A stretch of DNA of 33,986 bases from a virus. The stretch is from UHGV virus genome UHGV-0175871. One strand, written 5' to 3'. Below are positions 1-8,459 of the stretch, piece by piece. A program made the translations under genes and the position numbers. The notes beneath the pieces are model-generated. The model saw only the letters and a program-made list of their open reading frames with translations, was not told the origin of the DNA and did no database searches. Every line of letters starts with the position of its first letter. The first letter of the stretch is position 1.

Positions 1-228
1 ATGTGTTCCAACGAAAAGGTCCGTGATTGGCATCGTGCTGATGTGATTGCGGGACTTAAGAAAAGAAAGCTCTCTTTATCAGCTCTTTCTCGGCAGTTTG
101 GTTATGCGCCAACAACATTAGCTAATGCGCTAGAACGGCACTGGCCAAAGGGCGAACAGATTATTGCTAACGCCCTTGAAACTAAACCGGAAGTCATCTG
201 GCCTAGCCGATATCAAGCAGGTGAATAA
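1..228 (+). CDS. ner: Ner, DNA-binding negative regulator of early transcription
   Basis: 75-aa product [48 protein letters not shown]... matches my recollection of Mu Ner; lies immediately upstream of the transposase gene. Confidence 0.9.
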
Positions 229-229
229 T

Positions 230-2221
230 ATGGAACTTTGGGTGTCACCGAAAGAGTGTGCAAATCTTCCTGGCTTGCCGAAAACATCAGCTGGTGTGAT
301 TTATGTCGCTAAGAAGCAAGGATGGCAAAACCGCACTAGAGCAGGTGTCAAAGGAGGTAAAGCAATTGAATACAATGCTAACTCTTTACCTGTTGAAGCG
401 AAAGCGGCGTTATTGCTTAGACAAGGAGAGATTGAAACAAGCCAGGGCCGTTTTGAAATCGCCCGCCCCACGCTGGAAGCCCACGATTATGATCGTGAGG
501 TGCTGTGGAGCAAATGGGATAACGCCAGCGATTCCCAGCGCAGACTTGCTGAAAAATGGTTGCCTGCAGTTCAGGCCGCAGACGAAATGCTGAACCAGGG
601 GATTTCAACAAAAACGGCTTTTGCGACCGTTGCAGGGCATTACCAGGTCAGTGCATCCACTTTGCGTGACAAGTATTACCAGGTACAGAAGTTTGCGAAG
701 CCTGACTGGGCGGCTGCGCTTGTTGATGGACGTGGTGCATCCCGTCGCAACGTTCACAAAAGTGAATTTGACGAGGATGCCTGGCAGTTTCTGATTGCAG
801 ATTATCTGCGACCGGAAAAACCCGCCTTTCGCAAATGTTATGAGCGTCTGGAACTGGCAGCACGTGAGCATGGCTGGAATATTCCCTCCCGTGCCACGGC
901 CTTTCGCCGGATTCAGCAACTGGACGAGGCAATGGTTGTTGCCTGCCGTGAAGGTGAACATGCACTGATGCATCTGATACCGGCACAGCAGCGAACTGTG
1001 GAACACCTGGACGCCATGCAGTGGATCAACGGCGACGGTTATCTGCATAACGTCTTTGTACGCTGGTTTAACGGTGATGTGATCCGCCCGAAAACATGGT
1101 TCTGGCAGGATGTGAAAACCCGAAAAATTCTGGGCTGGCGCTGCGATGTGAGCGAGAACATTGATTCAATTCGCCTCTCGTTCATGGATGTGGTGACACG
1201 CTACGGCATCCCGGAAGATTTTCACATCACCATTGATAACACCCGTGGGGCAGCGAATAAATGGCTGACGGGGGGCGCGCCCAATCGTTACCGCTTTAAG
1301 GTGAAAGAGGACGACCCAAAGGGACTGTTTTTACTGATGGGCGCGAAAATGCACTGGACAAGCGTTGTTGCCGGTAAAGGCTGGGGCCAGGCAAAACCTG
1401 TTGAACGTGCTTTCGGTGTTGGTGGGCTTGAGGAATACGTTGATAAGCATCCGGCACTGGCTGGCGCATATACGGGGCCAAATCCGCAGGCAAAACCTGA
1501 TAACTATGGCGACCGTGCTGTTGATGCAGAGCTGTTTCTGAAAACCCTTGCTGAAGGTGTGGCGATGTTCAATGCCAGAACAGGCCGTGAAACAGAAATG
1601 TGCGGGGGCAAACTCTCGTTTGATGATGTTTTCGAGCGTGAATACGCCAGAACGATTGTGCGTAAGCCAACCGAAGAACAAAAACGGATGCTGTTACTGC
1701 CTGCCGAAGCGGTGAACGTTTCACGCAAAGGCGAGTTTACGCTTAAAGTTGGCGGCTCCCTTAAAGGCGCGAAAAACGTTTATTACAACATGGCGTTAAT
1801 GAATGCAGGCGTGAAAAAAGTTGTGGTCAGGTTTGATCCGCAGCAGCTACACAGCACAGTTTATTGCTACACCCTAGACGGTCGGTTTATCTGTGAAGCG
1901 GAATGTTTGGCACCTGTTGCATTTAATGATGCTGCGGCAGGCCGTGAATATCGCCGCCGCCAGAAACAACTGAAATCTGCAACTAAAGCAGCCATTAAGG
2001 CGCAGAAACAAATGGACGCGCTGGAAGTTGCTGAACTGCTGCCGCAGATAGCCGAACCAGCAGCACCAGAATCAAGGGTTGTTGGTATTTTCCGGCCTGT
2101 GGGTAACACAGTACGGGTTAAATATCGCACCCCCGATGATAAATACGAACCCGCTCGTGATGAATATCTGAATCAGTCACTGGATATTCTGGAACAGAAA
2201 AGACGTAAAAAAGCCATTTAA
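230..2221 (+). CDS. A: Mu transposase MuA (DDE transposase)
   Basis: 663 aa from ATG at 230 ([18 protein letters not shown]...), one base after the ner stop; the ORF-track start at 164 is an in-frame upstream extension overlapping ner. Length and sequence recall Mu A. Confidence 0.93.
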
Positions 2222-2259
2222 TTAACGTTTAAACAAAATTTAATTACGAGGTTATTCAG

Positions 2260-3219
2260 ATGAATATTTCCGATATTCGCGCAGGACTGCGCACGCTTGT
2301 AGAAAATGGAGAAACCACGCTGACACGCATCGCCAGTGAATCAGGCGTGGCCCTGAGCACAGTCAGTGGTTTTGTGAATGATAAATATAACGGCAACATG
2401 GAATCAGTCGGGCGCACACTGGAACGCTGGCTGGAAAACTATCATCGCGCAGAAGAACTGCCGGAACCCCCGCGTTTTGTGGAAACTGCAACAGCCCGTC
2501 AAATCTGGACAAGTATGCGTTTTGCTAATCTGACCGGAACCATTGCTGTTATCTGCGGTAATCCAGGAGTGGGTAAAAGCGAAGCAGCCCGTGAATTTTG
2601 TCGCACTAATAATAATGTCTGGATGATCACCATTGCGCCATCCCGTGCCAGTACGCTGGAATGTCTGACTGAACTTGCCGAAGAGTTGGGAATGAATAAT
2701 GCACCATGTCGCAAAGGGCCGCTTTCCCGTAACCTGCGTCGCCGCCTGAAAGGAACGCAGGGACTGGTCATTGTTGACGAAGCTGATCACCTTGACACCG
2801 AAGCGCTGGAAGAGCTCCGTCTGTTACAGGAGTCCGCCTGTATTGGCCTTGTTCTGATGGGGAATCACCGTGTTTATTCAAATATGACCGCTAATGGCGA
2901 CAGAACAATTGAGTTTGCCCGTCTGTTTTCCCGTATTGCAAAGCGCACAGCAATTAATAAAACCAAAGAAGACGATGTAAACGCAATTGCGGATGCCTGG
3001 CAGATTACCGGGAAAAATGAACGGGAATTATTACAGCAGATTGCACAAACGCCTGGTGCGCTCCGCATTATGAATCAAACGCTGCGCCTTGCTGTTATGA
3101 ATGCCTTCGGTAAAGGCGAACGTGTTAATGAGGATTATCTGCGTGAGGCTTACAAAGAGTTAGACCAGGACGTTGATGTTTCGATGCTGCTGGGTGTGCA
3201 AGGGGATGCTGAATCATGA
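2260..3219 (+). CDS. B: MuB, ATP-dependent target DNA activator
   Basis: 319 aa with Walker A motif GNPGVGKS and Walker B-like IVDEAD; positioned directly after A as in Mu. Confidence 0.9.
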   Translation: MNISDIRAGLRTLVENGETTLTRIASESGVALSTVSGFVNDKYNGNMESVGRTLERWLENYHRAEELPEPPRFVETATARQIWTSMRFANLTGTIAVICGNPGVGKSEAAREFCRTNNNVWMITIAPSRASTLECLTELAEELGMNNAPCRKGPLSRNLRRRLKGTQGLVIVDEADHLDTEALEELRLLQESACIGLVLMGNHRVYSNMTANGDRTIEFARLFSRIAKRTAINKTKEDDVNAIADAWQITGKNERELLQQIAQTPGALRIMNQTLRLAVMNAFGKGERVNEDYLREAYKELDQDVDVSMLLGVQGDAES

Positions 3220-3443
3220 TGTCACGGAATATCAAAATGGCAACGGAAGTAAAGACCTGGTTACAGGAGCGCGGCAGCCACGTCAACGAATCCTGGCTGG
3301 GCGTGGCCCGCCCGGTGCTTGAAATCACCTGCCCACCACCGGAGCTTGTCAGGAATGCTGTCAGGATTATGGAGCATAAATCCGGGGTTGCCCGTTCCGT
3401 ATGGACGGCCCGCCTTAATGGTTGCCAGATTATCTGGCGTTAA
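3216..3443 (+). CDS. kil: Small early protein at the Mu kil position (possible Kil)
   Basis: 75-aa ORF whose ATG overlaps the B stop (ATGATG); assignment is by position and size only. Confidence 0.45.
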   Translation: MMSRNIKMATEVKTWLQERGSHVNESWLGVARPVLEITCPPPELVRNAVRIMEHKSGVARSVWTARLNGCQIIWR

Positions 3444-3475
3444 TAACGGCTTATTTATTTGTGAGGAATAACAAA

Positions 3476-3745
3476 ATGGCAAAAGTAATCTTTGAATTTA
3501 ACCGCATGGAAGATGTTGAGTTTCAGAAAAAAGGAGGTTTCTTTGTAGGAATGAGTGTGCAACTGGGAGAACAGTCTCCTAAGGAGCAAATCGGACCGCA
3601 TGACGTGATGGCAGGCATTATCAAGAGCATGGCTCCTGAAATTATTGAAAAAGCAACCCAGGAGTTGTTGAAGTCAGCCAGAGAACTTGGGCTGGAAGCC
3701 GAAGGCGAGTTATTCCGGTATAACCCGGATGCAGCCAAACATTAA
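3476..3745 (+). CDS. Hypothetical early protein
   Basis: 89 aa from the internal ATG at 3476 (MAKVIFEFNRMEDV...), preceded by GAGGAA; the upstream part of the track ORF overlaps the previous gene. Confidence 0.5.
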   Translation: MAKVIFEFNRMEDVEFQKKGGFFVGMSVQLGEQSPKEQIGPHDVMAGIIKSMAPEIIEKATQELLKSARELGLEAEGELFRYNPDAAKH

Positions 3746-3761
3746 TTTCAGGAAAGGAGGC

Positions 3762-4052
3762 ATGATGATAATCCCTCGCAAAAGATGGTCACGCGAAGAC
3801 CGGGAATTTATCGAAACCAACGTCGGGAAGCTGACCGTTGAAGAAATGGCGAAAAAACTGAACGTTGCCCCAACCGCCCTACAGGCACATGCCAGAAGGC
3901 ACGGAATATCGTTGTGTGCATACCGGGTCAGTGAGCACGACAAATATTTGTGTCGTGAACTTTATAAAGAAGGCCTGGCTATTCATGTGATAGCCCAGAA
4001 GATGGAATTAAGCAATCGTGCTGTATCCGGCATTGTATACAGCGAATATTAA
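3762..4052 (+). CDS. Hypothetical early protein, possible HTH
   Basis: 96 aa from the ATGATG at 3762 with a strong AAGGAGG RBS at 3754-3760; segment LTVEEMAKKLNVAPTALQAHARRHG looks helix-turn-helix-like. Confidence 0.55.
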   Translation: MMIIPRKRWSREDREFIETNVGKLTVEEMAKKLNVAPTALQAHARRHGISLCAYRVSEHDKYLCRELYKEGLAIHVIAQKMELSNRAVSGIVYSEY

Positions 4053-4072
4053 TTAACAGGAGCTTTATTTAT

Positions 4073-4597
4073 ATGGCTAAACCAGCAAAACGAATCAAGA
4101 ACGCCGCAGCGGCTTATGTTCCGCAATCCCGCGATGCCGTGGTATGTGATATCCGCCGGATTGGTGACCTGCAACGCGAAGCGGCACGACTTGAAACGGA
4201 AATGAATGACGCTATCGCTGAGATTACGGAGAAATACGCCTCACAGATTGCACCCCTTAAAACCAGTATTGAAACCCTTTCAAAAGGCGTTCAGGGATGG
4301 TGTGAAGCGAACCGTGACGAACTGACGAACGGCGGCAAGGTGAAGACGGCGAACCTGGTAACCGGCGATGTGTCATGGCGTCAGCGCCCACCATCGGTAA
4401 GTATTCGCGGTGTGGATGCGGTGATGGAAACACTGGAGCGTCTTGGCCTGCAACGCTTTATTCGCACGAAACAGGAAATCAACAAGGAAGCGATTTTACT
4501 GGAACCGAAAGCGGTCGCAGGTGTTGCCGGAATTACAGTTAAATCGGGCATTGAAGATTTTTCTATTATTCCGTTTGAACAGGAAGCCGGTATTTAA
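4073..4597 (+). CDS. gam: Gam, host-nuclease inhibitor (Ku-like DNA-end-binding protein)
   Basis: 174 aa MAKPAKRIKNAAAAYVPQSRDAV...GIEDFSIIPFEQEAGI, matching the length and sequence I recall for Mu Gam. Confidence 0.9.
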   Translation: MAKPAKRIKNAAAAYVPQSRDAVVCDIRRIGDLQREAARLETEMNDAIAEITEKYASQIAPLKTSIETLSKGVQGWCEANRDELTNGGKVKTANLVTGDVSWRQRPPSVSIRGVDAVMETLERLGLQRFIRTKQEINKEAILLEPKAVAGVAGITVKSGIEDFSIIPFEQEAGI

Positions 4598-4695
4598 TAT
4601 CACCATTAATATTTAATTAGTTCACTTTCTTTTAATTATGGCGCGATGCGTCAGGGGATTGCTCGCGCCTGAAACAGATTACTGAGGAATAAAAA

Positions 4696-5235
4696 ATGGT
4701 TGATGCAAAAGTTCTGAACGGTGTCAGTACATTATTACGGGCTTACGGACGTCTGACCTGTGGCGTTCTGGCGGAAAAAATGAATATGCCACCTTCCTCA
4801 ATGGTGTATTTCCTGCGTGATGCGGTTGATGCCGGAGTTCTCACTGAATGCAACGGATTTTATGACGTTCCGCGCCCTCGTCCGACGCCGCCAGTAAGAC
4901 GAAACGCAACGGAGCCCCCCGCTGTTGATGATGCTCAATGGTGCGCTTTCCGCCGCTCTTTGCCCTGGCTGGAAGGCAATGCCATTCCGGCACTGGCAAA
5001 AGAATTTGCGACAGGCGTACTGACCTGCGAGTCGGTTTACATCGTTGCTGAAGTGGATGACGAGATGTGCAAACAGGGGATGCCCCGTTTTGTGATGGCG
5101 TATATCGATATCCGACTGGGACGTTTTATTTGTGGCTCCAGTGGCTGGAATATCACCGACCACGTCCTGCGCTATCTCATTCTTGATTATTCACCGGTTC
5201 CGGCGGAAACACAGGAAATCAGCGAGCATGATTAA
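4696..5235 (+). CDS. Hypothetical protein of the semi-essential early region
   Basis: 179-aa ORF with GAGGAA RBS, in the variable gam-gemA interval; no family recognised. Confidence 0.5.
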   Translation: MVDAKVLNGVSTLLRAYGRLTCGVLAEKMNMPPSSMVYFLRDAVDAGVLTECNGFYDVPRPRPTPPVRRNATEPPAVDDAQWCAFRRSLPWLEGNAIPALAKEFATGVLTCESVYIVAEVDDEMCKQGMPRFVMAYIDIRLGRFICGSSGWNITDHVLRYLILDYSPVPAETQEISEHD

Positions 5236-5410
5236 GTCAATTGGCTTTGTCCTGCTGGTTGGCACCTGTGGGAATGATGCCTGCGATGCCATTCCGGTAA
5301 CGGAAAAAATCTGGCCCGCGGAGCAGGCATGTATGCAGGTGATGGAGCGCATACAAAAACGTTATCCCAATGAAATCTTTTATTGCGAAGAGGTATTACG
5401 AAATGAGTAA
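5228..5410 (+). CDS. Small putative secreted protein or lipoprotein
   Basis: 60 aa MIKSIGFVLLVGTCGNDACDA...: hydrophobic signal-like N-terminus followed by Cys (non-canonical lipobox VGTC) and four more Cys; ATG overlaps the upstream stop. Confidence 0.4.
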   Translation: MIKSIGFVLLVGTCGNDACDAIPVTEKIWPAEQACMQVMERIQKRYPNEIFYCEEVLRNE

Positions 5411-5738
5411 GCATATTTATGACGACCCTAAATATCGGGCTGAAATGCGGGCGCAACTGGTTGTCAGTGGATATACACCGGAGCAGGCCGATACAACTCT
5501 GACAGAACTGATGGGACAGCTTCCATTTGATGAAGCTGAATATGAATACTGGCTGAAGCAGTACAAGCTGGAAATTATGGAAAACACCACACTTCCATCG
5601 CTGATCAGAATAATAAAAAGCGTTGTCGACAATGCTTGTTATAGCGGTGATTGTCTGGCCGCAGCAATTGCGGCCAGCGCTCTGGTGAATCTGCTGAATG
5701 CTACAGGTGCAGTTGCTCCTGAATCCAGTTGCTCATAA
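5403..5738 (+). CDS. Hypothetical protein
   Basis: 111 aa from ATG 5403 (MSKHIYDDPKYRAEM...); its 3' end overlaps the convergent minus-strand gene by 38 bp. Confidence 0.45.
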   Translation: MSKHIYDDPKYRAEMRAQLVVSGYTPEQADTTLTELMGQLPFDEAEYEYWLKQYKLEIMENTTLPSLIRIIKSVVDNACYSGDCLAAAIAASALVNLLNATGAVAPESSCS

Positions 5739-6096
5739 GGGATTTTCCTGTAGACACAAGAATGTCCATTGAAGCGTCCATGCAGATTTTTTTGAGCCTG
5801 GTCATTATTTTCGGCTGGTTCAGTGCGTTAGCAAAATCCAGACCGCGCTGTGACAAACGGATATACCGGCACCTGAAAGAAACCTTGTCTCGACCGGAAT
5901 GAACGCCTGTTGATTCTGGTGTGGATAACAGGTCTGTTCCGGTAATAAAACCATTATCCAGCATTAACAGAAAGTGAAAGTAAAGCGCGTTCTCGTCGGG
6001 TACAGCATCGGAGAGTTCTGTGTTTTTTATGAATACGTCAGGAGAATCAATTAAAACGTTAAAAATGGTTTTCATTATTTCCAGATCAATTTTCAT
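5701..6096 (-). CDS. Hypothetical protein, the only minus-strand gene; AT-rich moron-like accessory gene
   Basis: 131 aa MKIDLEIMKTIFNVLIDSPDVF...; RBS AAAGGA about 8 nt before the ATG; noticeably more AT-rich than flanking phage genes; convergent with the early operon. Confidence 0.6.
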   Translation of the reverse strand: MKIDLEIMKTIFNVLIDSPDVFIKNTELSDAVPDENALYFHFLLMLDNGFITGTDLLSTPESTGVHSGRDKVSFRCRYIRLSQRGLDFANALNQPKIMTRLKKICMDASMDILVSTGKSLMSNWIQEQLHL

Positions 6097-6159
6097 GAAT
6101 CAAATCCTTTAATACGTTCAGGGCGGTGCAGCAACACCGCCTTCATGGAGATACGCATC

Positions 6160-6708
6160 ATGCGCGCATCATTGATTAAATTAATTCATGTCGCCCGTCG
6201 CGATCTACAACTCGACGATGACACTTACCGCGCCTTTCTGGTGCAGTGCACGGGCAAAACCAGTTGCCGCGAGCTGTCCGTTGCACAACTGGAACGGGTG
6301 CTCGATGCCATGAAAGAGCGCGGTTTTAAGAAGCAGAAAAAACATCCCCGCCGTCGCTTTAAGGGGCATGTCACACCGCGCGAGAAGATTTACAAAATCT
6401 GGCAGCAGATGTTCCTTGATGGTTTCGTTTCCGATATCAGCGACGCTGCGCTGGACAAATACGTTGAGCGCCTGACAGCCAGACGTAATGGCGGTCAGGG
6501 TGTTTCCACGCTGGCATGGTGTCACGGGGAATCGTTGCAGGTTGTGCTTGAAACGCTCAAACAGTGGCATATGCGCTGCATCCGTGAAGCCTTTGCCCGA
6601 CATGGTGTGCCTTTACCTGTGAGCGAAACTGGGCGGGAGCTGCGCGGCTATGATGCACTGACCAGTGCGTATGCCCGTGCACGAAACAGCGGGAGAATTG
6701 CTGTATGA
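6160..6708 (+). CDS. gemA: GemA, gene expression modulator
   Basis: MRASLIKLIHVARRDLQLDDDTYRA... matches my recollection of Mu GemA; GGAGA RBS 7 nt before ATG 6160; an in-frame upstream ATG at 6145 is an alternative start. Confidence 0.8.
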   Translation: MRASLIKLIHVARRDLQLDDDTYRAFLVQCTGKTSCRELSVAQLERVLDAMKERGFKKQKKHPRRRFKGHVTPREKIYKIWQQMFLDGFVSDISDAALDKYVERLTARRNGGQGVSTLAWCHGESLQVVLETLKQWHMRCIREAFARHGVPLPVSETGRELRGYDALTSAYARARNSGRIAV

Positions 6709-7154
6709 AACAGATGAAAGAGCAGGATTTATTCGAAGACCTCCGGGACGACAGCGTTCTGGAATATCTTCATGATTACCAGGAAAACACCGCTTATCCG
6801 GCGTTACTTTCTGAACTGAACGCACTGCTGCGTAAAGAGCTGGCCCGGATTGGCGCAGACCCTGCCCATTCCCTTGAGCTGGTTGTGGCGATTTGTCGCC
6901 ATATCGGCGGGATGCAGGTTTATGTTCCGAGGGGGAATATTCTGGAGAATCTTGTCCGGGATATGCGTATCTGGCGTGATTTTAACGGCCATAATATTCC
7001 TGAACTGGTTCAGCGTTACGGGGTGACGTATAAAACCGTCTACAAGGCCATCAAACGGATGCGACGTCTGGAGCGCAATAAATACCAGCCGGATTTGTTT
7101 TACCCCTCCCCGAACCTGCCTCACCCCGTTCGTCGTCCGCCACGACGCCCTTAA
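6705..7154 (+). CDS. mor: Mor, middle-operon transcription activator (Mor/C family)
   Basis: 149 aa; the core LELVVAICRHIGGMQVYVPRG...IWRDFNGHNIPELVQRYGVTYKTVYKAIKRMRR matches Mor; extra proline/arginine-rich C-terminal tail; ATG overlaps the gemA stop (ATGA). Confidence 0.85.
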   Translation: MKQMKEQDLFEDLRDDSVLEYLHDYQENTAYPALLSELNALLRKELARIGADPAHSLELVVAICRHIGGMQVYVPRGNILENLVRDMRIWRDFNGHNIPELVQRYGVTYKTVYKAIKRMRRLERNKYQPDLFYPSPNLPHPVRRPPRRP

Positions 7155-7158
7155 TCAA

Positions 7159-7184
7159 TGAAGCCGGTAAATCCGGCTTTTTTT
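7159..7184 (+). terminator. Rho-independent terminator at the end of the early operon
   Basis: Stem AAGCCGG / loop TAAAT / CCGGCTT followed by seven T, 5 bp after the mor stop. Confidence 0.75.
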
Positions 7185-7199
7185 ATGCCTCCGGCACCA

Positions 7200-7228
7200 T
7201 GAAGCAGACCACGTTTAAATCTGCTTCA
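7200..7228 (+). promoter_or_regulatory. Inverted repeat upstream of the endolysin gene (candidate operator or 5' UTR hairpin)
   Basis: TGAAGCAG-13 nt-CTGCTTCA, ending 12 bp before the ATG at 7240. Confidence 0.35.
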
Positions 7229-7239
7229 CAGGTGCTTTT

Positions 7240-7836
7240 ATGGAAAATCAAAAATTCCCCCCGGCCTTTGAGCATGCGCTGAATTTCATTCTGCGTCCCG
7301 ATATCGAAGGCGTCTATGTCAATGACCCCACTGACCGTGGCGGCGAAACCAAATACGGCATTTCTGACCGCCGCGACGGTGTGATTGACGGCAAAACCGA
7401 TGTCAACGGCGACGGCAAACCGGATACCCGCATTAAGGATTTAACCCGCGAACAGGTCGCGCAGATTTACTGGCGCGATTACTGGCTGCCTGCCGGATGT
7501 GACCAGTGGCCTGATGGCGTGGCGATGTTTGTGTTCGATGCAGCGGTTCAGCATGGCGTTAAAAAAGCCATCAGAATTTTGCAGGAAGCCGCTGATGTGG
7601 ATGCTGACGGCATCATCGGCCCGCGTACCCGTAAGGCCGTGAGTCTGTCCACCCCGGACTGGTTGTTGGCCCGCTGCATTGTCCGTCGTTCCCGCTTTTA
7701 TGCCGACATCATCAAGTCAAAACCCGCCCAGGGTAAATACCTGAACGGCTGGTTTAACCGCATGGAAAAACTGACCGACGCCTGTCTGGAAATCATCGAT
7801 ACCCCTCTGGGCATCATGTCCGCCACGCGGGGGTGA
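7240..7836 (+). CDS. Endolysin, GH108 lysozyme domain plus peptidoglycan-binding domain
   Basis: N-terminal FPPAFEHALNFILRPDIEGVYVNDPTDRGGETKYGIS is the GH108 signature; C-terminal ADGIIGPRTRKAV...YLNGWFNRM resembles PG_binding_3. Confidence 0.85.
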   Translation: MENQKFPPAFEHALNFILRPDIEGVYVNDPTDRGGETKYGISDRRDGVIDGKTDVNGDGKPDTRIKDLTREQVAQIYWRDYWLPAGCDQWPDGVAMFVFDAAVQHGVKKAIRILQEAADVDADGIIGPRTRKAVSLSTPDWLLARCIVRRSRFYADIIKSKPAQGKYLNGWFNRMEKLTDACLEIIDTPLGIMSATRG

Positions 7837-7837
7837 T

Positions 7838-8065
7838 ATGGGCAAAGGCTGGGATGCCTCACTGAAAGCCGGGCGGCGTGACCGCCTGCGTCAGGAGGTT
7901 CTGCACCGCATGGCCGGAGGTTCGCCCCCGAAACCGCTGGACTATACCGGTCATGACGGCACACACGCCAGCTACTACATGCGTGGCTGGAACTCCGTGG
8001 ATACACGGGACATTTTCTGGCAGTGCCAGAAGTACAAGGAAAAACTCAATGCACAGAATGAATAG
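7838..8065 (+). CDS. Hypothetical small protein in the lysis cassette
   Basis: 75-aa ORF starting 2 bp after the endolysin stop; no recognisable family. Confidence 0.4.
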   Translation: MGKGWDASLKAGRRDRLRQEVLHRMAGGSPPKPLDYTGHDGTHASYYMRGWNSVDTRDIFWQCQKYKEKLNAQNE

Positions 8066-8459
8066 TCTTTTTGTTCGCGTTATTTACTCCCGCTTTATGT
8101 TGTGCCAGTGGTCGTTTCTGGGGCTGTCGGCAGTGCTTTTTCTGGCGAGCTGTTTTGCCGGATGGCGGGCGTTTGCGGTCATGGTGCTGGCATACGGCGC
8201 GACACTCTGCCTGATTCACAGTTTCCAGCTGGGTAACGTGCCTTATCGCCTGCAACCCAAAAGGCGCTTCCGGGCGGCCTCCCTTCGAATTGTCGTGTGG
8301 TCATGGGTGGTCTGGGCCGTTGGTTTTTTCATGCTGACATTCGGCATTCTTTATCTGAAGGAGCCTTATCAGCTGGCGTTCTGGCTGGGCGGTATCTTTT
8401 GCGCGGCACTTTATAAACATCAGCGCCGTTTTCATAAGGGGGATTCATGGATCCGTTAA
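8049..8459 (+). CDS. Multi-pass membrane protein (possible holin, antiholin or exclusion protein)
   Basis: About 136 aa from ATG 8049; three or four hydrophobic helices (LGLSAVLFLASCFAGW, VMVLAYGATLCLI, VVWSWVVWAVGFFMLTFGILYL, LAFWLGGIFCAALY). Confidence 0.5.
   Translation: MHRMNSLFVRVIYSRFMLCQWSFLGLSAVLFLASCFAGWRAFAVMVLAYGATLCLIHSFQLGNVPYRLQPKRRFRAASLRIVVWSWVVWAVGFFMLTFGILYLKEPYQLAFWLGGIFCAALYKHQRRFHKGDSWIR

Noticed and set aside
164-229. Upstream in-frame extension of the transposase ORF (track start at 164)
   Set aside because: It overlaps the ner coding region; the ATG at 230, right after the ner stop, gives the canonical 663-aa MuA.
5655-5677. Perfect 9-bp-arm palindrome CTGGCCGCA-GCAAT-TGCGGCCAG, initially considered as a terminator for the minus-strand gene
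   Set aside because: It lies inside the + strand ORF, where it encodes an Ala-rich stretch, and has no T-run on either strand.
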